Assembly: GCA_004764695.1 (NCBI GenBank) | Contig: SMSO01000031.1 | Span: 1,464,436 to 1,528,435, forward strand | Direction: 5' to 3' | DNA from: Schizochytrium sp. TIO01 | Taxonomy: Eukaryota; Protista; Bigyra: Labyrinthulomycetes | DNA: 64,000 bases | In this document: one piece after another, positions 10,353 through 21,356 of the stretch | Position numbering within the stretch: position 1 is the first letter of the stretch | Layout: each line of letters starts with the position of its first letter | Notes under the pieces: model-generated | What the model saw: only the letters and a program-made list of their open reading frames with translations | The model's database searches: none | Told to the model about the DNA's origin: nothing | Translations under genes and position numbers: made by a program

Positions 10353-13300
10353 TTAGAGGGCGTTGGTGGGCTCGTAGACGAACTCAGCATCCTCGACCTC
10401 AATGCTGACACGCGGGTCGTTGCGGATGGCATTGAGACGGCGGAGGTAGCAGGCACCGCGAAGGATCTGCAAGTTGATCTGCACGACGTCCGGGTACTCA
10501 CCAGAGACGGCCGGGTCAAGGTAGGAGCCCTTGATGAAGTCGTTGAAGGCTCCAATGGCAGGGCCACACCAGACCTGGTAGTCCATGACGCGTCCAGCCT
10601 CACCGGTGTTGGCCCAGCGAGAGGCAAGACCAAGGTACCAGCGGAAGCAGAGAGACATCTTGAGCTTGGGGTCACGCTCGGCACGGGTGATCTTCTCCGG
10701 GTTGTGGAGGCGGTTGATGTAGAAGTCGGAGGTCTCAGCCCAGACATCAGCAAGAGGGCACTGGAAGATGCGCTTCTCAACACGCTCGAGCTCTGTGGCA
10801 GGCATGGACTCGAAGGAGTCGTACTTGCAGAAGAGCTCGTAGAGCTTGTTAGCCCTGGACGGGAACATGGTTCCCTTCTTGAGGACCTGGAGCTTGACGC
10901 CCTCCTCGAACATGTCAGCAGCGGGAGCCATGCAGACGTCAGAGTAGGTGGCCATGCAGAGCTGCTTGCGGACATTGTCGCAGGTGCCGGACTGCTTGGC
11001 GACCTGGTTGACAGTGCCGGTAACAAGGAAGGCAGCACCCATAGCGAGAGCAGCGGCAGCGGCCTGGGGGCATCCAACACCACCACCAGCTCCAACGCGC
11101 ACGCGGAGGTGAGCGGGGTAGCCGCACTCCTTGTGGAGGCGGTTGCGGAGGTTGATGATAAGGGGGAGGATGACGTGGATGGGGCGGTTGTCGGTGTGGC
11201 CACCAGAGTCGGCCTCGACGGCGATATCGTCGGCGACGGGGACGAGCTTGGCAAGCTCAGCCTGCTCCTTGGTAATCTCACCAGACTGGATGAGCTTGTC
11301 GAGGAGGTTCTGCGGGGCAGGGCGGATGAACATCTCAGCGAGCTCGGTACGGGAGACCTTACCGATGATGCGGTTCTTGATGTTAATGGAGCCATCAGCG
11401 TTACGGGAAAGACCAGCAGCACGGTAGCGGACGACTTGCGGGGTCAAGGTCATGAAGGCGGAGGCCTCGACGACAGTGACGCCCTTCTCGAGGAAGAGGT
11501 CAACGTTGCCCTTCTCAAGGTTGCTATCGAAGGGGGAGTGGATGAGGTTGACGGCGAAGGGGCCGTTCGGGAGCTCAGCCTGGATCTTCTCAACAGCGGC
11601 ACGGACAATGTGCATGGGGAGACCACCAGCACCGAAGGAACCGAGGATCTTACGCTTACCAGTGGCAATCACAAGGTCAGCAGAGGCAATACCCTTGGCC
11701 ATGGCACCGGTGTAAAGAGGAGCCACAACACCGTAGGTCTTCATGAAGCCTTCATCACCGAGGTCACTGAGGCTGCAAGCCTGCACAATGGTGGCCTGGC
11801 CACCAGCCACATCGGCGTGCTTCTTGACCTGGCCGTTGCTGGAGGAGATGTAGAGAGGCTTCTCAACGTCAAGAAGCTCAGCCTTGAGCTGCTTGAGGGT
11901 GATGGTCTGGGCAGGGCCAGATGCAGCAACCGGAGCAGGGGCGGCAGCCGGAGCAGCAACAGCAGCAGCAGCAGGGGCGGCGCCAGCAACAATGCGAACA
12001 CGGATGTTGCTGACGTTGTAGACGCGGAGGCCATCAGCCCAGAGGTTACCATTGGCAACGATGTCGACGACGCCGTCGTGGGCCTCGATGGAGACAATGT
12101 GGGCCTCGGAGTCCATGAACTTGGAGGTGGGGGTGAGCTGACCACGGTACTTCCAGGAGATCTTGCCCGGAGCATGAGCGAAGGTCGGGTTGGTGATGCC
12201 GTACTTGCCGGCGAGGTCCTGCTTGACAGCGATGGACTCGACGAGCTGGAACATAGACTCCACACCGAGCGAGCCGGGCATGACGGAGTCGAACCAGAAG
12301 TGGCACGAGAAGAACCAGTCCTTGGGGTTCACCTGCTTGCGGCCATGACCGTAGCCAAGACCGGCGGAGCCACCGGCGACCACAAGGTCGATGGTGTCAA
12401 GGTACTGGCACTGGTTCCAGCGGCGAGTGAGCTGAGCACCCTTGGGGGCGTTGGCGTAGAGCTGGGTGCGACCGGCACCGTTGGGGGTAACGTCGTAGGT
12501 GAGGACCTGGGCGGAAGGCACCTTGGACTCAATGTGCCAGGGCTGGGTGCGGCGACCGTTGTCGAGACCAGTCTGGGAGATGAAGACCTCAGGGACGAAC
12601 CAGCCGAAGGAGGTGGTACCCTTGTAGAAGACTACACCATCAACAGAGAGCTCGAAGCTGAAGCGGTGGACACCCATGTCTCCGAGCATGCTGTAGCCGG
12701 TACACTTGGTGAGGTTGTGGATGGTCTTGCCGCGGAGGTCAATATCAGAGCGAACCATCTCGGCGTTGGCGTCAAGGTTGCGGAAGAGAATGTCCTTCTT
12801 CTCCATGGTGAGCGGGGCCTTGAGCACAGAGGTGAGGACACCAGAGGTCTGGAGGGCGATCTCCATGAGGATGGAGTACGGCATGTGGCCGTCGTTACAA
12901 GATCCCTGGAAGAACCAGGCGTCGATGGGGCAGTCGAACTCGCCAACCATGGTTCCCTTGGACGGGTTGCAGTCCACGTTCTTCCACTGGACCCACTCCA
13001 TGTCAGAAACGGAGACCACACGAGTCACAAGAGCAAGGTCCCATGCAGGGCTGCGGCTGGTGTTGGAGTCATCGAACTTGGCGAACTCAGGGCCGAGGCA
13101 GAGGCTGACCTTGCCGGCCATGAACTCAGCCATGTTGTACCACGAGAGCGGCATCTCGCCGGGCACGTGGTTGTTGTCGTTCTTGTTGCCGGGGAACGGG
13201 GTGAAGGTGATGGGACGGGGAGGGTAGGCCGAGGGAGAGAACGAGGGCGTGGGGTTGCCAGCGATCTTGGCCATCGGGTGCCAGGTCATCTGGTTAGGGG

Positions 13301-14738
13301 CAAGAGCATCGCCCTTGAGGATGTGCTCAGGGATGGCCTCAACAGCCGGGGCGCAAAGGTCCTTGTTGAGAGCGAGGGGCTTCTCGGGAGCGACAACGGC
13401 AGGGCCAGAGCGCTTCTGGAGCTTGAGGGCAATACCCTTGAAGTCGACGACGATCTTCTTGTTGAGGTCGCCCTTGCCGTACTCGTGGAGGTTGGCAAGG
13501 TCGAAAGTCTGGCCCTTCTCGAAGTCAATGTCGAGAATGTTGACATCGGCAATGGCGTACGGGTCACCAGCCTCGTCGTAGCCCATCTCCTTGATCTCCA
13601 TGACGTAGACGAGCTTACCCTTGTGCGGGGAGATCTGGCCACGGCAGCGGACCTTGTTGGGGTGGCCGTTGACGGGGCGGAAGTCGAAGGGACCGGTCTT
13701 AAGGTGGAGGCCGAGCCAGAGCATGTACATCTTGAGGAGCTGGCTGCAGCCGTCAGACACGAGGGATCCAGCCATGACCTGGTCTCCGACGAAGTGGCAC
13801 GGGAAGTACCAGTGGTCGCGCTCGAGGATCTTCTCACCAACGAGGAGACCAAGGCCGTAGGGGCCACCGGTGTAGTCAATCTTGGTGACGCGGTCAATCA
13901 TGAGCATCTTACGGGCGCAGAGTTTGTAGTTGATCTGGTCCATGCCGTTCTCGGGGCCGAAAACCTTGGTCCAGTTCTTGTCCACGAGGGACTGCATCTC
14001 AGTCTCGTTGAGAACGGTCTTGTTAAGACGCGGGGCAATGGCGTACGGGGTGATGTCCTGCTTCTTGGTCTTCTCGCGGGCGAGGAGATCAGCGCGGGTA
14101 AAGACGACACCCTTGCCGGCGGCGAGCTCCTCGTTGGTGAAGAAACCGGCACAGCCGTCGCGCATCTCGATGAGGAGACGGCCGTTGACGTAGCAGTCGT
14201 ACTCGAAGAAGAACATGGAGATGTCACCGTCGAGACGCTTGGCGAAGCCGGTCACGCGGATGTCGTACTCCAGGGTCTCGCCCTCCTGGGCAACACCGTA
14301 GAAGGTGAGGGTGGTGTTGAGCAGACGGTAGACGCGGTCGCTCTTGTTCTGGAAGTCAATACCCATGTAGGAGATGAGCATGAGATCACACTGACCACTC
14401 TCGACGAGCACGGCCCAGGGGCAGTCACCACCCTCAGAGAGCTCACCGTTGACGGGGAGGTCGTACTCAGTGACCATGCGGGCACCGACGCGGTAGTTGT
14501 TGACCTCGGCGTCCATGAGGGTGACGCGGGTGACGAGGAGGTACTCGCGGGCGGGGAGACGAACGCGACGCTTGTACTGGTCGATCTGGCTGAATTCGGG
14601 GCCGAAGACCTTGCTGATGTCACCCTCGGCGAACTCAAGGAGCTCGTCATAGTCGAAAACGACGTTCTTGCCGCTGGTGAGCTCCTCCTTGGTCATCTCC
14701 CAGCATGGTTTCTTGTTGGTCTTCACGCGAGTGGCCAT
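10353..14738 (-). CDS. PFA3: Polyunsaturated fatty acid (PUFA) synthase subunit C (two hot-dog dehydratase domains + FMN-dependent enoyl reductase), 1461 aa
   Basis: N-terminus MATRVKTNKKPCWEMTKEELTSGK resembles thraustochytrid OrfC. DH motifs HWYFPCHFVGDQVMAGSLVSDG and DWFFSCHFWFDSVMPGSLGVES; Ala/Pro linker; PfaD-like ER motifs YTGAMAKGIAS, EADSGGHTDNRP, GAGGGVG, DYQVWCGPAIGAFN. Start context gcaaccATGG; very strong C/G-ending codon bias. Confidence 0.97.
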   Translation of the reverse strand: MATRVKTNKKPCWEMTKEELTSGKNVVFDYDELLEFAEGDISKVFGPEFSQIDQYKRRVRLPAREYLLVTRVTLMDAEVNNYRVGARMVTEYDLPVNGELSEGGDCPWAVLVESGQCDLMLISYMGIDFQNKSDRVYRLLNTTLTFYGVAQEGETLEYDIRVTGFAKRLDGDISMFFFEYDCYVNGRLLIEMRDGCAGFFTNEELAAGKGVVFTRADLLAREKTKKQDITPYAIAPRLNKTVLNETEMQSLVDKNWTKVFGPENGMDQINYKLCARKMLMIDRVTKIDYTGGPYGLGLLVGEKILERDHWYFPCHFVGDQVMAGSLVSDGCSQLLKMYMLWLGLHLKTGPFDFRPVNGHPNKVRCRGQISPHKGKLVYVMEIKEMGYDEAGDPYAIADVNILDIDFEKGQTFDLANLHEYGKGDLNKKIVVDFKGIALKLQKRSGPAVVAPEKPLALNKDLCAPAVEAIPEHILKGDALAPNQMTWHPMAKIAGNPTPSFSPSAYPPRPITFTPFPGNKNDNNHVPGEMPLSWYNMAEFMAGKVSLCLGPEFAKFDDSNTSRSPAWDLALVTRVVSVSDMEWVQWKNVDCNPSKGTMVGEFDCPIDAWFFQGSCNDGHMPYSILMEIALQTSGVLTSVLKAPLTMEKKDILFRNLDANAEMVRSDIDLRGKTIHNLTKCTGYSMLGDMGVHRFSFELSVDGVVFYKGTTSFGWFVPEVFISQTGLDNGRRTQPWHIESKVPSAQVLTYDVTPNGAGRTQLYANAPKGAQLTRRWNQCQYLDTIDLVVAGGSAGLGYGHGRKQVNPKDWFFSCHFWFDSVMPGSLGVESMFQLVESIAVKQDLAGKYGITNPTFAHAPGKISWKYRGQLTPTSKFMDSEAHIVSIEAHDGVVDIVANGNLWADGLRVYNVSNIRVRIVAGAAPAAAAVAAPAAAPAPVAASGPAQTITLKQLKAELLDVEKPLYISSSNGQVKKHADVAGGQATIVQACSLSDLGDEGFMKTYGVVAPLYTGAMAKGIASADLVIATGKRKILGSFGAGGLPMHIVRAAVEKIQAELPNGPFAVNLIHSPFDSNLEKGNVDLFLEKGVTVVEASAFMTLTPQVVRYRAAGLSRNADGSINIKNRIIGKVSRTELAEMFIRPAPQNLLDKLIQSGEITKEQAELAKLVPVADDIAVEADSGGHTDNRPIHVILPLIINLRNRLHKECGYPAHLRVRVGAGGGVGCPQAAAAALAMGAAFLVTGTVNQVAKQSGTCDNVRKQLCMATYSDVCMAPAADMFEEGVKLQVLKKGTMFPSRANKLYELFCKYDSFESMPATELERVEKRIFQCPLADVWAETSDFYINRLHNPEKITRAERDPKLKMSLCFRWYLGLASRWANTGEAGRVMDYQVWCGPAIGAFNDFIKGSYLDPAVSGEYPDVVQINLQILRGACYLRRLNAIRNDPRVSIEVEDAEFVYEPTNAL

Positions 14739-15182
14739 GGTTGCAAGTTGCGACTCGATAATTTCTCTTCTAGTCGTAGCTTTTTCTGGACCTGTTTGAT
14801 TATCTGCTAGAGCTGTTGCTGCTTCTAGACTTGTGGAGTTCTCGAACCTAGTTGTATCTGAAGGTGGTTCTTGTGTTGTGGCGAGCAGTTGTAAGTTTTC
14901 TGCTCTTGCGTCTGTGGATCTAAGAATTGCAGTGGTAGCGCTCTCGGCTAGTCCTGCAACTTCTGTTGTTCCTGACAACAAGCGGACCTCGTCCTCGTCC
15001 ACCTGGTCGGGCTCTTGTTCTTGCTGCGGCTCGACGGGGTCGAGTTCGAGGTTTGCTGTCGCCTCCGCCTGCTCCACTGCTACTGCCTCCGTTCCCCTCT
15101 TACAACAACTACTTCTTCTTCTGCCGCTGTCGCTGCTTCTTCCTCCTTCTCCTTTTTCAACTAAACAACTTTTTAAATCTCC

Positions 15183-15270
15183 TTTTTCTTTTTCTTTTTC
15201 TTTTTCTTTTTCTTTTTCTTTTTCTTTTTCTTTTTCTTTTTCTTTCTCTTTCTCTTTCTCTTTTCTTTTC
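15183..15270. repeat. (TTTTTC)n hexanucleotide microsatellite upstream of PFA3
   Basis: About 14 tandem hexamer units; encodes the poly-KE tract of the extended ORF. Confidence 0.9.
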
Positions 15271-15943
15271 TTTCTCATTCTCTTTTTTTTTCTTTCTCAC
15301 TTTCAACTAAACTTTCTTTCCGTAAGTTTTCTTTCAAATTCAAACTCAAATTCAACCCCTCGTTCTCCACATTCAAATTCAAATTCAAACCAAAGTTCAA
15401 GCCCAAATTCACATTCTCTTGTTTTCCCGCCGCGAGTCCTTTCTCCATCTTTCCCGCCTGCCCGTCCTCCTCTTCTTCTTCAATTTCTTCTTCTTCTTCT
15501 ATTTCTTCTTCTCTGCTACCAATCCGCGGCCCTTCTACCATCTCCTCTGCAGACGGCTTCGACTCACGTCCGAGGTCCCTGCTGCTGCACCGCGCAGCAG
15601 CACCTAGGTCGCCCCGCGCATCGCAAAGCACGCCTTCTCCCTCCCTCTCAGCACCTCCAAGCAGCGCCTCCCGGGAACCCGTCCCCTCTCTCGCCCTGCC
15701 CGTGCATCGCCAAGCACCGTACAGAGCCCGCGCCAGAGCCCCTATCACAAGCATGCAAAACCCTCCCAAACACGCCACCACCAGAGCGCCCGTCAGGGGG
15801 GACGCGCCCCGTGCGTCCAGTGGGCTCAGCTTGCCTGCGCGAGTTGTCTCCCTCCCTCTCTCTCTGCCTCTCTCTTGTGTGGATTTACTCGCCGCTCTTA
15901 CGTCGGCGCTTCGCTTAGTAAGTCTTATCTCCAAACCCAGCTA

Positions 15944-16078
15944 TTCCAATATTCCAAAATTCCAAAATTCAAATATTCAAATATTCAAATATTCAAATAT
16001 TCAAACTTTCGAAATTCAAATATTCAGATATTCAAATATTCAGATACTCAACGAAGTTCGAAGTTCAAATATTCAAAT
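15944..16078. repeat. Degenerate (ATTCAAAT)n 8-mer minisatellite
   Basis: attcaaat/attcagat/attccaaa units in tandem. Confidence 0.85.
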
Positions 16079-16540
16079 GCCCAGGTACTAGGCAGAGCCT
16101 ACCTACTCCTGCAAGTACGTACTCTCGCGAGCAAATCTATTTTTGAGCAAAGCAAAGACCCGCTTTGCCCAATGCTAACGCCGTTTGACTGACCACGCAA
16201 AGAATAAATGAGTCAATGAATCAATCAGTGATCAATCAGTGCCCTATAAAGCGCTCGAAGGACTCGAATAATCGAATGACAGTTGGTCGATCGCTTTCTC
16301 TCGCGACGCGACGCGAGGCGAGCGAGCCGCCAGCCAGCTGGCCTCAGCTGCTGCTGCTGCTCCTGCTGCCCGGGCTGAGTGCAGCAGCAGCGGGGCCTGC
16401 TGCTGCTGCTGCTGTGCCGACGCAGTGCGAGCGAGCGCTGGCACTCCGAAGAACACTGCTGCGAGTTCGAGTTGTTATTGGTTGCGGGACTGACTGAGAA
16501 ACAGAGTGACTGCGAAGAAGAGTTCTCTCCGCTATCATCT

Positions 16541-16578
<38 letters not shown>

Positions 16579-16723
16579 GTTCTTTCTTTCATTCTTTCTT
16601 GCTCTACGTGCACTAGATACGTAGCAGGTGCAAAGAAGATCGAAACTCGGGACCTCCTTTTGCACTGCATATCCTCTGCTTCCTCTCAAAATGTTTTGCT
16701 GATCTTATTTTATTGTCTACCTG

Positions 16724-16777
16724 AATTCAAATTCAAATTCAAATTCAAATTCAAATTCAAATTCAAATTCAATTCAA
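16724..16777. repeat. (AATTCA)n microsatellite
   Basis: Direct reading. Confidence 0.9.
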
Positions 16778-16889
16778 GTATAGCAATAGCAATTACTATT
16801 ATTATCATCACTACCTTCTCATAGTTGTGAGGCAAATAAGCAACTTTCAGGAACATTTGCAATGAGATCGATACCAAATAAGCGGGGCT

Positions 16890-17281
16890 CTTTCTTTCAT
16901 TCATTTATCTATTTCATTCTATCATTCATTTATTCATTCATTCTTTCTTTCATTCATTCTTTCATTCATTCTTTCATTCTTTCATTCTTTCATTCCTTCT
17001 TTCTTGATCCACCGATTGCACTTAGTTACGTAAGTATGCGCCTCCCTACGTATGAATGGATGTAGTTTCTCCCTCTGCACTGTTGTTATGCTCTGCAATT
17101 CGCCATCATCGCCTCCAAACTATGGACTCCTTTCCTTCGTACCTCACCTACGCATGGCCTCTCCTCGAGAATGCTGGCATGAGTGAGTGAATGAGTGATT
17201 GAGTGATTGAGTGCGTGAGTGCGTGAGTGTGCGTGCGTGCGTACGCGAGTGAGTGAGTGAGTGAGTGAGTGAGTGAGTGAG
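16890..17281. repeat. (TTCA/TTCT)n and (GAGT/GCGT)n microsatellite cluster
   Basis: Tracts at 16890-17003 and 17180-17281. Confidence 0.85.
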
Positions 17282-17815
17282 CGCCAATGCATGAGTCAAC
17301 GCCTTCGTTGCATGCACGCCTGAGCTGCCTGCTGTCACAGGTGTCACGCTGGCCTGCCTGCGATAGAGGGAGGGAGGGAGGGAGGTGCCTGGCGCCTGAG
17401 GAACTCACTCGCTTTGAAGATCAGATTCGAATTCAAGTTGGCTCAAGAGAGAAAGAAAGCTTTGCGAGGAAGGGCTCTTTTCAAAAGAAACAAAGAAACA
17501 AAGAAACAAAGGCGCTGCTTTCTTGCCGTCTTGAACTTGCTTGTTTTCCGCCTCTGTTGTCCTCCCTCTTGTTTATTTAGGTCTATAAAACTAGGCGTCT
17601 CCGCTCTGTAACGCAAAGGCCAAAAGAAAGAGAATGAAAGAAGAAAAAGCCTTTCGAAAAGAACTTGCAGCGCATAATAATAGGTGAAGAGCGAAAGGAA
17701 GAGCTGTAGGTAGAAGGAACCTCGTGCACTTCGAATCCTCAAGCACCAAAACAGCGACGAAGCCAACGACGACGCCACGATCTATCTAACTGTCTATCCA
17801 GCTGGCTGACTTGCG

Positions 17816-17816
<1 letters not shown>

Positions 17817-17846
<30 letters not shown>

Positions 17847-18412
17847 CTGTTAATCGATTAACTGACTGTCTGACTGACTGGCCAGCTGTAAACAAAAGGA
17901 TCCGAGAGGCAAAGAGCACAGCAGCAGCAACGAGAAGAAGGATAAGAAAGACCGCCATCTTATCGCCATCAATCTCTAAGACTAGGGCACTCTTAGCGCC
18001 CGATAATGACAGGATGCAGCAGTCCCGACGACGAAGAGCGAGAACGAATAGTAGGTAGCTATAGCTTGCTCTCTAGAGAGGCGAAAACAAAAGAGTTTTC
18101 AATTTCATTTTCTATTTGATTTTAATTGTCTGTTTACTTTAAAACGTTTTTTAAGTTTCATCCCTTTGGTTTGTTGAATTAAGAGATGCTTGCATTGAAA
18201 GAAAAAGACAAAACAAAACAAAACAAACAAAACAAAACAAAACAAACGAATTGGATAAAGAAGAAAGAACGATGATGCTGATGTCATACATTGTTAGTTT
18301 CAGGAAGAGCAACTAACTAACGAGCTAGCTAACTAACTACCTGATGGCGCCTCTAGCTAGAGCATTGAAGATTGCACGCTCTACGATGGATGGCCTCTTT
18401 TGCCGATCAATT

Positions 18413-18452
<40 letters not shown>
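17817..18452. repeat. (GCTT)n, (CAAAA)n and (GCAA)n microsatellites
   Basis: Tracts at 17817-17845, ~18208-18247 and 18414-18452. Confidence 0.8.
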
Positions 18453-19211
18453 AGCGATTGATCAATCAATCAATCAGTCAACCGATTGATTGCCCGAAGC
18501 ACCAATCTGCCTGCACAAAGAGTTGACGAAGATTGATGATGCCATCGGGTGTGCTGACTTGAATGGATGGATTTCTTATTCTTGCTCCAAGTTCATCAGA
18601 TCCACCACCATTCGAGAACTTCTGCTTCGCTTGCTTGCTTACTTACTCAGATACAGCGCATTTCGATCATGGCACAGCGTTGATTGCTTCATTTATCGAT
18701 TGATTGATCGATCGATCGATCGAAGACAGACGCAGAAAGAAGACAGAAAGAAGCCGAAGATTGGCAGCGGCTCTTGCGCAATCTCTCTCTCAGTGCGGTG
18801 CCGACGATGAGTGCTGCGATGAGCCTTCGAAGGGATCAGTCACTTTGTTTGTATGTATATATGATGATGATGAACGATGATGATGAATGATGATGTCATA
18901 CACGCGATGCCATCATCATCTTCCTCAAACAGACTACCTACCTACCCTCTTATCTACCTTCTCGTACTGAGTAGCACCTGCCTATCTGACCGTAGGCGCT
19001 TTCTTCTTTTTAAAACACGAGTGAGATGCTTTCTTTCTTTTTATTTTAAAGAAAAATCAGCAGCATCGATAGCACTGATTCAATTTCCTTCTTCCCCTCT
19101 GTCCCTTAAGGATGACTTAGTACCTCCGGTAGAACTGCCATTGATTCTGCATCATTCAAAGTTTCTGTTCAAGTCTTTAAAATACTGTAAAAGATTAGAT
19201 GAAAATTAACT

Positions 19212-19272
19212 TTTTGAATTTGAATTTGAATTTGAATTTGAATTTGAATTTTGAATTTGAATTTTGAATTTG
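19212..19272. repeat. (TTTGAA)n microsatellite (reverse complement of the TTCAAA tracts)
   Basis: Direct reading. Confidence 0.9.
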
Positions 19273-21356
19273 TAGCTAATTTAAAATAAAACTAAATATG
19301 GAAAGATACACTGAGGAATCGGTGTCCCTTCATTGTTTGAATTCGTAGAACTTGAAGGATGATGCCAATAGGATATTGCGAAGAAGAAGAAGACGACGTC
19401 GTGCAAGATTCCCTCCCGCTTCAAGTAGCAGCAGTGCTCCTCAAGTTGGTCGTATGATAACGAGCTTCTTCGTAGTTGAGAATTGACGGGTGAGATTGCA
19501 AAACTGCACGAGCATTGCTTGCTTGCTTGCTTGCGCAGGCACCAAGCCAAGCCAAGGTCTTCCTTCAGCCAACGCGGAGCTTCGATTTGGACAACGACAA
19601 CGACGACACGAGCGGCACAAGTCATTTCACATTTCAAGGGGTGACGGCTGACACGCGCGTGCGTGACCCAATGGAGAAGCTCGCCCGCCCCCAGGTCGCA
19701 GGTGGCTCCTTGGACCACGATCGACGACGATGATTCGGTCGCAAGCAATCTCAGGAGGCCAGGATGTCCAGGTATCCCGAAGGACCTCAGATCAAAGTAC
19801 GTCACTCGCAGCCCCTGAAAGCGATCGAAGCAATCCACCATCGTCATGACCAGTTGAGTGAAGTACAAAGATCCTTTCTCGCGCTCCGAATGGGTTACAG
19901 GTTCCCAGGTGCCAGGCAGAAGTAGTGTAGATGGGCTGTAAACGGATGACCAGAACGAACCATCCGTGCCAGATTAGACAGCACACATCGGTGATCGTTG
20001 AAGAGTCACAGTCGTCTGCGAATGTGATCATCAGCAACGACTGACTTATTCACTCCCTTCAAAGTTCACCTCCTGCAAATCAACATCTCGTTGGCCATCT
20101 AATGCGAATCCAGCCAGGCTCATCACGATGATAATTTATGATTCGCAATTCGTGATCGTTAACTCATGCTTCTTCATAAGTCAAGATTCATAAGCCATGC
20201 TGCTGGTAGGCGGTGGTGGTGATGCTGACGATGATGCTGCTGCTGCTGCTGGTGATGATGATGATGCGCTGGAAACAGCTCGTCGAAGGACGAATCCGAT
20301 GAGTGCTGAGACTGTGTGCTGGCCTTCCTCTGCTTAGTTTCCCAGGGAGCCCAATTCGCCTGTTTTCTGTTGTTCTTTTCAGATGCAGAAAACAGTAACC
20401 CGAGCAGCAGTGAGTGGTATTCGCAAACCGCAATGATGATGCATTTTGTGATGATCTCAATGGCAACGGCCAAAGCGGTGGCGGCAAAAGCAGCGGCCCC
20501 CAAAGTTCGACTACTAAGAGCTCCTTCAACCTATCCAGTCTTGGAGAGCCTGCTGGAAGCGCCACCACGACGATCCTGACCGACGGAGTCCTCGAGGTCT
20601 TCGAAAAAGGATACGAAACCCGCTGTTTGTTTGACTGACTTCCTAAGGGCCTTGGAGCCTACCCTAGCTAGGTGGGTAGGTAGCAGTATACCTCCAATCT
20701 TTCATCTGTTACTGCAAACAAAAACTTCTAATCTCTTCGAGATCTCTTCTCGTTTCCACTTCGACCTTCAAAGTACCAACCATTACTTTCGTGATCTTTT
20801 TCTCTGGAGCTCTTTTCTTTTAAAGTGTCTTCAAGGAAATGAAAAGGCCGCTCCTTTCCCAAGATCAGAGGTTATCAGTCAAATGCATGTATATATAAGT
20901 ATATAGACGCGCTGGCCATCGAGTTCAACTCAGTGCGAACGTGCCCATAATAGGCGGGCCAGCGAGCCTTTATCTCTTTTCTCAGCTCTTATCTTGTCCC
21001 ATCCTCGAACAACTGGCAGCCTATCTTTTTTCTCTTTTCTTTTCTTTTCTTTTCTTTTCCTTTTTTTTTTTTTTTTTTTTTTTTTAATATTAGAATTAAA
21101 ATACAATTTTAATTTTAAATATTTTTACAAAATTGTGAGATGAAGCAATGGAGAAAGAAGAAGGAAACGAATATCGCCATCATTCATTCACCTCTTCAAC
21201 TAAGCCTTTTCTTTCTATCATATTTGCAAATACTATATTTAAAAAATAATTATTTTATTTTATTTTATTTTTTAACACATGTTTGAATGTGTACATAGAA
21301 AGAATTTGAAAGTTTTTTCTTTTAAAGCAAGACGCCGCACGCCTCCGTCGCAGAGC

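Noticed and set aside
10704-14810. 1368-aa + strand ORF antisense to PFA3
   Set aside because: Shadow of PFA3 codon bias (TTA/CTA/TCA avoided, so no antisense stops); co-extensive with PFA3 and has no domain.
14833-15918. 361-aa + strand ORF upstream of PFA3
   Set aside because: Built from pyrimidine-rich SSRs (poly-FS, poly-L); non-ATG start.
19730-19830. GST N-terminus-like peptide VTYFDLRS...LRLLA on the minus strand
   Set aside because: Short match with no continuation of the fold; the ORF runs into SSR-derived sequence.
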